Assembly (NCBI GenBank): GCA_951406725.2
Contig: OX597832.1
Coordinates: 6,510,001-6,574,000 of the forward strand
DNA: 64,000 nt
Origin: Octopus vulgaris
Lineage: Eukaryota
Direction: 5' to 3'
Shown here piece after piece: positions 53,191 through 64,000 of this stretch. A program made the position numbers and the translations under genes. How positions within the stretch are numbered: the stretch's first letter is position 1; each line of letters begins with the position of its first letter. The notes beneath the pieces were generated by a model. That model saw only the letters and a program-made list of their open reading frames with translations, ran no database searches and was not told the DNA's origin.

Positions 53191-54700
53191 GTGTTTTTGT
53201 GTCTGTGTTTGTCCCCTCCAACTGATGTTAGTGTGTTTACATCCACGTAATGTAGCAGTTCGGCAAAAGAGACTGATAGAATAAGAGCTAGGCTTCAAAA
53301 GAATAAGACCCAGGGTCGATTTCTTCAACTAAAAAACCCTGTATGACAATGTTCCAGCATTGCCACAGTCAAATGACTGAAACAAGTATAAGATTAAAAG
53401 AATATATATATATACACACACACACACTCTGTATGTATTTTTCAGTTTATTAGTATACAGAAATTGATTATGCTACTTTGCATTATTATATGGAGTGGAG
53501 ATACATATATATATAAGCTGTCTGTAGGTAAGATAAGTGTCACAATAAGTTTTGTATATACAAGGAGTATATGCAAGGATAGTTGTTGTACAAAACTCTT
53601 GCAAGAGCTACCTCAAAAGTTGCTATCAGAGAGGTCACAATGTAGAGGATTGTAATAGTCTTGTTGGAAATATCAGTATACTTTTCATGAAAGCTATGAT
53701 TATAACTTTAAAACTGATGAGAACCCAAGACTTCTGTGATATGAATCAAGTTGCCATCTATAGCACAAATATCAGGAAACCTGCCAAGCAACTAGTTATC
53801 CATCATTCAGGTGGTATACTACCAGATTGATTTTATTCTGATACAAAGGAAGGTAAACTTTTCTCTTACATAGATTTATTGGTTTGTGGAAGCAGAGGGA
53901 AAGAATGTTAAGTCAGAGTAGGATAGTATGACAGGTAAAAGATTCTATGTTAAGGTAGTAGATTCTTTATCTACAGACAAGCAAAAGTTGGTTTGTTATA
54001 AGTCTTAGGTTTATGAGTGAAGTAATGCAGTTTGTTAGTGATTACCTGGATGCAATACATCTCTAGCTTTTTCTTTTTCCCCCTCTTTTTTTTTTTTTTT
54101 TTTTCCCCTAACCAAAATAAGACCTACTGTCTTGTTATTTTAAGCCATATTTTGCCATTTAGTTAATGATTGTTCTCATCACTTAATGTAATTTTAATAA
54201 ATTTCTCGCATTACAACAAGAAATGCTCCTTCACTATTAAGTTTCCTTGCAGCAATCCTTCATGAGTATTCCATATTTTCCGTTATTCTAAGTTATACTA
54301 CCATATTGTGTTTATTCACAAAACCCTACACACTTCCCTTCTTTCCCTAAGGAGTTCACCAAAGTTTAATCCTTAGTCCTCTCCTATTCATCATAGTCTT
54401 ACAACTCATCACATAAGATCTTAAGACTGACTCCTATATACTGATGATCTAGCTGAATCTATAGGGGAATTAGAATAGAAATTTCAGGCATAGAAACTAA
54501 ACCAAGGATTGAGAGGTCTTGAGGCAAACATATATATATATATATATATATATGCGCACACACACACACACGTATAAATGTATGTGTGCATATATATGTG
54601 TTCATATATGCATATATAAATGTATATGAGTCTATATGTGTGTGTGTGTGTCTGTATATATATCACAGTCCTAGCAAGTTTTCTTGCTGGTTGCCTCTAG

Positions 54701-54772
54701 ATTCTAAACGATATTATTGATAATGGCATGAAATTACGTTTGACATCCTGGCCAATAACTGATGAGGAATTG
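54701..54772 (+). CDS. Candidate 72-nt internal host exon (phase 0/0), ILNDIIDNGMKLRLTSWPITDEEL; gene not recognised
   Basis: Pyrimidine-rich acceptor TTTTCTTGCTGGTTGCCTCTAG|, open frame, donor TTG|GTGACT and a repeat-free downstream flank. Confidence 0.45.
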
Positions 54773-56199
54773 GTGACTTTCTGTGTTTGTTTTCCATTCA
54801 TCTGTGCATTTAGTATGTTTTTGAACTTGGACATTCTGTGTTTTTCTTTTTTTTTTCCATTTGTTTGTTTATTATTATATGTAATTTGACTTCTGAAAGT
54901 ATTATTCACACAATGCAACACACTCCTTATTTTTTTACCTGTATATGTTTTTTTTTTCATGTAGGAAAGTGTGTTTTGTATATGCATGTGTAAGTGGTGT
55001 GTCATGTCTGTGCGTATCCTCTCCACAGTTATCTCTCTGATAGTCACTTTTGACCTAATTTTGAGAAGATTTTTGTACAAATTAGTCCTGCATACAATCC
55101 TTGTGGTGTACATTAAAATATTATTGTGACAGTTGTCTAACCTACCGGTAACACATACATTATCATTTGTGTATGGGTGTATATCTATGTCTGTGCATGC
55201 ATATGTGTGCATATGCTTGTTTTCCTATATATCTATATATTTCCATTTCACTGTTATGTTTTCCCTGCAATGTTTCCTTTAATTATTCAAGAGATTATAT
55301 TTCATCACAGATACAGAGTAATAGGGTGATGTTTCACTCAGTCTCTATAGATGACTAATACACTTTCCTAATAGAATACCAGCACTGGTAATATATTTCT
55401 TTCAGCTTTGTTGAAATGACTCTCTCTGCTTACCAATGCTGATTGTAACAAGCAGTAGCACATTGGAAGCTGTTCATTCATTTAGTTTTTAATGATTTTT
55501 TTTTGTGCTTTTACATACAAATGGCACAATATATTTATACAATATATATAATCCATAGAATTATGGAAAGCATGGTAGAGAAAGAACAAAGTTCTCAGCA
55601 AGTGAAATCCACAGCCAAATTTCAATTCCCTGTGAGGATAATGCTGGTGCTACATTGTAGTCCTACTTGACTTCTATGGTTACATCAAACTGTGTAAAAC
55701 TAGAGTTCATTTATATTACTAGCATTCAGAAGGTTGAAAGAGTGACTGTGAAACAACAAGCAAGTGAAGTGCAAAGTATACAGAGCAACAGTATTATACC
55801 TCCTATTATGCAGACCAGAGTTATGCAGATACTTTCAGAAATTATTTGCATTAATGATGAGATACTGAGAGCATGAACATTACAGTGAAAAATCAATGTC
55901 AAAAACACTTGCATCTAGACAATGTTAAGCTCCCTTGGAAATGATACTGGTTCATTGAAAATTCAGCTAGCTTGGGTATGTCCAAAGAAATTCAATTGTC
56001 AAGTCAAATACTTTACTCTCAGTTATATGAAAAACTGGGAAAGACCTCACCTGTCACCATGAGACTGAACACTGATAACTGCAACTGAACCAAACATCTA
56101 ATGACAGAAACCAATGGAACAGATCAATCCATTTCTGATATAACTTAAGACATTTCATAAAAGCAGTTGTACATTGATTACCCTTGAAAATAGTTGTGC

Positions 56200-56610
56200 T
56201 TCCAAGGCAGCAAACTGACCGATACCAACTGTCTAGGTATAATTGTCTGCATCTCACAGACAATAAAATCTCTGAGTGGTTTGCCAGCTGCTACACTACA
56301 TCTTTACAGGTGAAGATTACAGCTTCTATGACCCATGCCAGTATCTCAAGAGTTGATGGAAACAATCATAAGCAATTATCTGCTCCATTACTTTCAGCCT
56401 CTCTCCCTTCTCACAAGTACATTTTTTGATGAAGTCAGATCTTCAAGAGATTTGTGCATCCTTCTACTTCCTATGATCTCATTTTTGAGAACTTTTGTGA
56501 AAGCAATACTGTTAATTTCGATATTAGTATCTCCTTCAACTATGTCTGGCATGTGACCCTCTGCTTTCTTATAAGACTGAAAGTTTTCTCTCAGACTGCT
56601 ACATGCAACC
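56200..56610 (+). pseudogene. Decayed CR1-group RT fragment
   Basis: LMETIISNYLLHYF...VNFDISISFNYVWH, resembling LDISKAFDRVWH. Confidence 0.55.
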
Positions 56611-56689
56611 TACACCTTATATGTATGTGTGTGTGTATGAACACACACACACACACACACACACACAGGTATGGCTGGAAGTCTACAGT

Positions 56690-56728
56690 CCAAAGCGGAT
56701 TTGGTAGAAGGAACCAAAAGAAGCCCAT

Positions 56729-56767
<39 letters not shown>

Positions 56768-57032
56768 AAATTGTGTGTCTATGTTTGTGTTTACCCTTGT
56801 CGTGACATAATATGATTGTTATAAACGAGCATCGCCATCATACAAGCAATGTTGTCTTGCTTTTGGTTTTCTGTGGAAACATCTCTGCCCAAGAAGAAAT
56901 ATTATCTTGCTTAGAAACAAGTGAGGGTTGGTGACATGAAGGACATTCTGATCATAGAAAATGTGCCTCAAACTCCATTTGATCCATTGCAAGCATGGAA
57001 AAGTTGGCATTAAAATGATGATGTTGATGATC
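56690..57032 (+). mobile_element. SINE family B (5'-truncated)
   Basis: GGATTTGGTAGAAGG...AAGAAGCCC, TA tract, body, GCAAGCATGGAAAAG...(ATG)n. Confidence 0.7.
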
Positions 57033-58207
57033 CCATAATTGCGGGCATATTTGTCAAATTCTGTTCTTTATAATATTTATTGCCTTTATACTCTACTAAT
57101 CTCTCCTTTTCTTTCTTTCTTTCTCTCTCTCTCTCTCTCTCTCATACACACACATACATGTCTTTGTGTATGGGAGTACATGTATGACTATATATGTATG
57201 CATGAATACATACATATGTATGCAAACATACATATCTGTATGTATAAATAAATAGATAGATAGATAGATAGATAACAGCATCAATCAATATATAAATGTT
57301 TGAGTATATATGTGCATATATATCCATCTATATGTATTTCAAAATTCACATGTATGCATAAATGCATGTATGTATAAATGTATACTTATGTGTTAGGAAA
57401 TGCATGTTTATATATTTATATATATATATATATATGTGTGTATCTCCCTATGTATGTAATGTATGTATACATCAAAAGTGTGTGTGTATGTATGTATATA
57501 TATATATATATATATATTGCTAGCATGGAAAACGGACGCTAAACGATGATGATGATGATGATGATGATATATATATACATATATATATATATTTTCACAG
57601 CTTCTACTGTCATCATGGTGTTGTATAAAATTACCAATTTTAATATTTAACATGGGTTTTGGTTTATTTAATTCTTCCCTATTTAGTTATGACAATTACT
57701 ACCTCTCTATTATGTAGTGTTTATATCATGTAATTTTCACTCCTGAAATCGTAAGAGTTTGTTGCGATGGAAAACTACTGCTGCTGGTAGGCTTCCATCA
57801 ATCGATTTTTCTCTTGGTTTCTGAGGGACAGTTTCTCTCTTCTCCCTATTTCCACCTTCCCTGTGTTTCCATGTTGAATAATATAGCTGACTGCTTTTAC
57901 TCCATAATTGATCATGCCTGTATCTCTTGCCATGACTGCATTCTGTCATCCTATGAATGTGCCTTTAAATCTTCTCCCATCCAATTTTTCTGTTTATATG
58001 TAATCCTTCAAGGAAGAATTGCCTTACAATACTCTATTCCTCCCTTGTTTTATAATTATAATTTTTGTCCTGTGTTTGTTCTTGCAATTTACTAAAATTT
58101 TATATATAATGTACATCTAGTGCATTTCACCAAATGTATTTTGCATGTACATAATAAAACCCCATGTTGTTTTGGTGTTGTTTATCTCCTATTATTGTTA
58201 TTATTAA

Positions 58208-58420
58208 ACTGGCAAGAGTCATTAGTGTGCTGGGAAAAATGCTTAGTGGCATTTTCTCCATTTTTACATTCTGAGTTCAAATTCCACTTAAGTCAGCTTT
58301 GCCTTTCATCCTTTCAGGGTCGATAGAATAAGAACCAGTTGAATACTGGGGTCGATGTAATCAACTTATCCCCTCCTCTGAAATTGCTGACCTTGTGCCA
58401 AAATTTGAAACCATTATTAT
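58208..58420 (+). mobile_element. Meta-domain-like tRNA SINE with (ATT)n tail
   Basis: GAGTTCAAATTCC B-box; GCCTTTCATCCTTTCAGGGTCGATAGAATAAGAACCAG. Confidence 0.72.
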
Positions 58421-60423
58421 TATTGTTGGTATTGCTGTCAGTTTCATAAAATTAAAAATATTGTGAATTGAGTGTTACAGGAAACCTTTTAATTCTAATT
58501 TTTATTTCTGTCTGTAAGCTGTTGAAAATTCAAAATGTTGAAGTTGGTATTTCATAAAGTAAGGAAAGATTAAAATAATCTCTGTAAAATAGAAATTCAG
58601 ACCTAATGTAGTATTTGATAATACCTCTAGCAGTCAATGAAATATATTTATTCAAAATAGGGGTAACTTCACTTTTCTGTCTTCACATGCCAACAATGCA
58701 CTTCAGTTTTATTTTCTAACAGTAGTTGTTTTGAGGTTGAACATGCTCAGTAGGGATGGAGAATCAACCATGTGCTTACTACTACTGCTGCTACTACTAC
58801 TTGTGGTGCATAACTGCTGAACCTTATACAAAATAAAACCAAGTATATGATGTTTTGCTTCCACATGTAACTTTATTGATTGGAAAATTTGCAGCCATAT
58901 TATGTGCAAAGGAAATATAAATAAGCAAAGTTTCATAGGCAAAATACTCAATTATATTTTATAATCAAATGAGTAGAAATTAACATGACTGAGAAATTAG
59001 CTGAAGTAGGCTGAATGACAATAACTCTATTGATAAAACTAAAAAGATATCCTATATTTCAGTTTGTTAGAGAACTAACTAATGTCTTAGCAACAACACA
59101 AGTGCCATACTCAGCACATGGTGTGTGTTGTTGTATTCGTTCATTCTTATTGAAATTCCCTCATCCTCTGAAACTCACTGGACAATATCTCTATCTGTGT
59201 TATCACACAGCTACTTGTTGGCAATTTTTCACAGGAATTCCACTTTCTTAACTAAGGTTTTTTCTGTTTGCCTCCTTCCACCACCTCAATTTATTCCTTC
59301 TTATCTAAAAATATAGGATGTGTAGCATGTACTAGGTTTGTGGGTTAGCTGTTGTGATATCTATAAGACAGAGCTTTGTTCATCGCAGAAAATAAACCAT
59401 ATTAGATGAAAAAGTGCAAATAGACCCCCAAAACATGAAATTTATATACATATATGTAGTATTAAGATTATTTCTTTTAATTAGGGGCAAGAGTAATTTA
59501 AAGGTGAAAGGATTGAATCTGGAAATTTACATTGTTCATTTTGATATATTGATAAAATTAAAATATTTTTATGAAATTCTAAATAGAAACTAATACAGGC
59601 TTTGTATGAATATATACAACTTAGCATGTTGTTGTTTCTCTCTAAGACAATCCTGATTGAGCACACCTGATTAAAAGCATTTCAGCCATGCCCATCTAGC
59701 CTTCCTTTCAGGCATAGTGTATTCAATGTGTGTTTCCTTTTTAAAAATAGGGAGTGATTTGAGTGAGGTTTGGCTGCTGTTCATAGCAAGTCAAACAAAA
59801 TAAATGTTCCTTTGCTGGTTTATACAACCAAGGTTGTTACTGAAAAATGGTTGTAAAATCCAGCCCTGATATTATTAATATAACCAGTATTTTTCTATTT
59901 CATAACTGCTTTAAGCAACTATATTAAAAGAAAGGAAATGGTGTTGTGAAAATCTTTGGTTGAGGTAACTATTCATTGGGCAAATAGTCTCCAACTACTA
60001 CAAATGGCAAGATGATTAAGGCACAGTGCTAGAAATGTAGAGGAACTATGGTATTGGTAGTAGTTTCCTATAACAAAATTGTAAACAGTAATGGATTTCT
60101 GACATGCACTTGCACATACTAATAATCCCATGTTCACAAATAGTGCATTTTTATCTCTCTCCCTACCTCTCTCTGATGCACACACACACATGCAATCTAT
60201 GTGTATATTTTATAAACATTTAATATACTTTATTTGTGTTAGGTTACATAGATTAAAATATCATATTTGAACAGAAATGCAAAGTTTTAACAACGCAGAA
60301 ATTATAATTTTCTATTTATTTAACTTGCATTACATTATTATTTAATAATAATTTGACTGTATCAAATTATTATTTGGTTATTATTCTTGTCTGCATTATG
60401 ATTCCTGTCTTAAAACACTTCAG

Positions 60424-60539
60424 TTGGGTGGGTTGTGTCATATCAGATCGAAGTCAAGTGCATAATAGAAATATGCAGCAGATCATGTATTGCTATGCAT
60501 GCTGCGATGCAACTAGTGTTGATTACTTTAGCCATAGAG
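60424..60539 (+). CDS. Candidate 116-nt internal host exon; frame and gene uncertain
   Basis: Acceptor CACTTCAG|, donor GAG|GTTTGG. Two frames are open (GWVVSYQIEVKCIIEICSRSCIAMHAAMQLVLITLAIE or WVGCVISDRSQVHNRNMQQIMYCYACCDATSVDYFSHR). Higher GC and CpG than the flanks. Confidence 0.35.
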
Positions 60540-60954
60540 GTTTGGATGCTTGTGTGCGCTACTGCCTCCCCTTTTTGTATGTTGTACAAACTGCCTGCTG
60601 TTTTATAAATATTGTTTCCCTTAACACTGCACTATTTCATTCATATATTTTAACCTTGGAGGCACTGCTTAAACTATAGAAAATGTAAATACTGTGAAAT
60701 TTGAATGATTGACGTTTTAAGAAAAACCTCTTAAAAGTTTCCTTTTTTTACTTGTATGTGTGCATTCTTTTTTCTATTTTATTAGTGTATATTATTGATT
60801 TTCTTTAGATTTAGGGATTTAGATTTTCTCTGTTAGAAGCAGTGAAATACATTTGTAAATCATGCTCAAGTCTTAAAGCAATATCTAGGATAAATTGTAA
60901 ATTACTAAATGAGGGACGTTAAAAATTTCCACAAAAATTTTGGATTAGTTCAAT

Positions 60955-61372
60955 AGGCACAAACGTGGCTGTGTGGTAAGTAGCTTACTTACCAACCACA
61001 TGGTTCTGGGTTCAGTCCCACCGCATGGTACCTTGGGCATCTTCTGCTGTAGCCTCGGGCCAACCAAAGCCTTGTGAGTGGATTTGGAAGACAGAAACTG
61101 AAAGAAGCCCACCATAAAGGCGGTGCTCCAGCATGGCCGCAGTCAAATGACTGAAACAAGTAAAAGAGAGTATATGTATATGTTTGTGTGTCTACATTTG
61201 TCCCCCCACCATCGCTTGACAACTATTGTTGGTGTGTTTACTTCTCCATACATTAGCAGTTCAGCAAAAGAGACCAAAGAATAAGTCCTGGGGTCGATTT
61301 GTTCAACTAAAGGTGGTGCTCCAGCATGGCTGCTGTCAAATGACTGAAACAAATAAAGGAGTAAAAGAATAA
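60955..61372 (+). mobile_element. SINE family A with an internal deletion, followed by a second 3' half
   Basis: The head joins directly to TAAAGGCGGTGCTCCAGC at about 61115; the complete 3' half repeats at 61171-61372. Confidence 0.8.
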
Positions 61373-61821
61373 CAATTGTCATTGATATCTAATAGTGTTA
61401 CTTATTTTCTGGTATAAACAAATAAGCTCAGGGAAAAACAGAAAATCTATGAATAAAATAGGTGTGGCTGTATGATAAGAAGTTTGCTTCCCAACCACTT
61501 GGTTCTGGGTTCAGTTCCACTGCATGACACATTGGGCAAGTGTTTTCTACTTTAGTTCCAGATGACCAAAGCCTTGTAAGTGTGTGTAACCTATGGAGTA
61601 CATATATAAACAAGGCATATTTAACTAATTTCTCCATAGACTGAAAAAGTGATTCACAGCCTTAATTGGTTCTCAAAACTTATTGGGTTTTCATCAAAAG
61701 TATCTAAATCAATTTGATCAATCACAGGTAAACAAGCAGTCAATTTGTTTATATACTCAACAAATCCAGTAGCTACAGAGAACTGGAGCTACTAATTAGA
61801 ATATTGTATGTGTTAAGTATT

Positions 61822-62060
61822 GGCACATGGCTCAGTGGTTAGAGCATCATGAGATAGTGAATTTGATTTCCAGTCCGAGCTGTGTGTTGTGTTCTTGAGC
61901 AAGATACTTTATTACACATTGCTCCGGTTTACTCAGCTGTAGAAATGAGTTCTGATGTTACTGGTGCCAAGCTGTATCAGCCTTTGTCTTTCCCTTGGAT
62001 AACATCGGTAGCATGAAGAGGAGAGGCTGGTATGCATGGGTGACTGCTGATCTTCCATAA
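61822..62060 (+). mobile_element. tRNA-derived SINE (third family)
   Basis: A-box TGGCTCAGTGGTTAGAGC, then TTGTGTTCTTGAGCAAGATACTTTATTACACATTGCTCC. Confidence 0.65.
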
Positions 62061-62097
62061 GTCCCTTGGAGGGTACTTTCTATGACATAATGTAAAC

Positions 62098-62429
62098 CAG
62101 CGATTCTCGACCATTTTTTTCTATGGACCCCCTTTGATTACTATTTTAGTTTGGTGGACCTCCATTACCATTAAATGTTTAAAAACTAGTTTTGTAGATA
62201 CTTCTTTTGAAAATTCCTATTTTGTTTTCTATGCATTAACTTGTGTAGGTTGAATTATGTAAAATGTTTGAGAAAGAAACCTACCTGTTTCTTGCAATAC
62301 AAACCAATACATACATCTGAAGCAATATTTTTTCAGGGACCCTTAAAATACTATTGTGGATACCTAATTTACTATTTTGTTGAATGGACCCCCCAAAAAT
62401 CTTATATGGACCTCAGTTGAGAACCACTG
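62098..62429. mobile_element. hAT (Charlie-like) MITE
   Basis: TIRs CAGCGATTCTCGAC / GTTGAGAACCACTG; 8-bp flanks ATGTAAAC and ATGTAAAA match at 7 of 8 positions; subterminal GGACCCC repeats. Confidence 0.8.
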
Positions 62430-62502
62430 ATGTAAAATATGTAGTAGATATATAACAGTGAATTTAGTTAATTTCTCTGTAGATTGAAAAGATACTCATC
62501 AG

Positions 62503-62543
62503 CCTTAATTGATTTTCAAACCTTATCAGATTCTCATCAGAGG
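62503..62543 (-). ncRNA. Minimal type I hammerhead motif overlapping a 41-bp inverted repeat
   Basis: Minus strand CCU-CUGAUGA-GAAUCU-gaua-AGGUUU-GAA-A-AUCAAU-U-A-AGG. The inverted arm preserves the palindrome AATCGATT in stem III. Confidence 0.6.
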
Positions 62544-62711
62544 TGTCGACATTGAATTTGGTTTGAAAATCGATTTAGGCTGATGAGTATATTTTCAATC
62601 CTAGTTGTTCCCCACCATCATTTGACAATCAGCATTGATCTGTTTACAGCTCTTTCACTTAGCTGTTCCGTGTAGGAGACTGATAGAATAAGTACCAGGC
62701 TTTAGCAAAAA

Positions 62712-62742
<31 letters not shown>

Positions 62743-63228
62743 TAGTAAGTACTGGGATTAATTCAATCAAAACTCTTCAAGGTGGTGTCCCATCATAGCT
62801 GCAATCCAGTGCCTGAGACATGTTAAAAAAAAAAGAACCAATTGTCATTGGCCTTTAAGAGAGTTGGATATTTTCTGATATAGCAAAATAAACTTAGGAA
62901 GAAAGAAAAAAAAAAGAGTAAAAAACCATCAGTAAAATAGAGAGACTACTCAATTACACTCTATCAGAGAGAGCTGCCTTGTCTGTCTTCTCTTCATTGC
63001 TTACTGGTTGAATACCCATGGCTGAATCTTTTGTCTCTGAATGAGATTATTATTAAATGCTCAAATGCCAGCCAAGAAAAGAGCATCAACAACAAATACT
63101 TTTTGTGTTTTTTACAAGTTCTCAAACTTAGATTGTTCAAATATGAAATTGTGACTGTGTAAGTTTCACTAGTACTAGACTTGAAATGAGATTTTACACA
63201 TACACGCATGTGTGGGTATGTAGGTATG

Positions 63229-63265
<37 letters not shown>

Positions 63266-63529
63266 ATTAAGGCTACCATTGGCTTCATGTTAGGATAAAT
63301 TTCTTGATATTTTGATAATTTTTTACATGAAACCAATGGTAACCTTAATACACAGATAAAGAAATTCTATCCACCAATGCAATGTTGAGCACCCATTCTT
63401 TTTGTTTGACATTTACACACACACACATTCTATATATCTTATACCTTTCTGAATTTCAAACTTCTAATTCTGCCAAATATTATCTCCCTTGTATTATCTG
63501 TTTGCTGGGGACCACCATTTGTGGATGTC

Positions 63530-63825
63530 ATAATCATCATTTAATGTTTTTCCTGCTGGCATGGGTTAAATGGTCTGATAAAAGCTGGCATGCCAGAGAG
63601 CTGCAGCAGGTTCCGATTGTCTGTTTTGGCATGGTTTCTATGGTTGGATGCTCTTCCTAATGCCAGCCACTTTACAAAATGTACTGGGTGCTTTTTATGT
63701 GGCAACCGCACAGGAGTTTATTATGTGATATCTGCACAGGCACTTTTTACCTGGCACCAGCATGGATGCCTTTTATATGTGACCAGCATGGGTGCTTTTT
63801 ACCTGGCACCAGCACCCGTGTTTTA
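63530..63825 (-). mobile_element. Diverged RTE-like 3' end
   Basis: CATCATTTAATG...GCTGGCATGGGTT...GGATGCTCTTCCTAATGCC, then short TGGCACCAGCA repeats. Confidence 0.6.
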
Positions 63826-64000
63826 CACACACACACACACACACGCGTGCGCGCACAGACAAAATGTTTGAGTTCTTTTGAGTTTAAAATAAACTGAAAA
63901 ATGTGTATGTAAAAGTGAGCTAGAATCTGTGATATGGTTTTGTATAGAGAGATGGTATAAGAGTAATTATCTAACACAATGAAAGAGGAGAAAATTGTGT

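Noticed and set aside
54760-54790. CTGATGAGG as a hammerhead core
   Set aside because: No stem II or GAAA; better explained as codons of the candidate exon.
54697-55212. 171-aa minus-strand ORF
   Set aside because: Low-complexity K/N/T-rich antisense of a U-rich flank, with no domain signature.

Overview
AT-rich, repeat-saturated eukaryotic DNA, intronic or intergenic, with no complete protein-coding gene. The repeat content (long TA/TG/CA microsatellites, tRNA/CORE-like SINEs with an internal microsatellite, RTE 3' ends with (ATG)n tails, Meta-like SINEs) looks like an octopus/coleoid genome. That is my inference, not a database result. Nearly all supplied ORFs are microsatellite or SINE artefacts. 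Recognisable content: two SINE families sharing one head, 5'-truncated RTE LINEs whose 3' UTR carries a 62-66 bp hairpin tandem array, decayed CR1-group and RTE LINEs, a decayed Gypsy pol, an internally deleted Mag-like Gypsy element with both LTRs (29106-31495), hAT and Tigger-like MITEs, a mariner end, a Helitron 3' end and two candidate + strand host exons (54701-54772, 60424-60539). The most notable signal is a set of short Penelope-like termini with type I hammerhead ribozyme motifs. One near-canonical motif lies inside a perfect 64-bp palindrome (11355-11485), one has a compensatory G3-C8 core swap (47732-47781), and several form fold-back hairpins next to microsatellites. All alignments, translations and folds were done by eye, so boundaries of decayed repeats are approximate.
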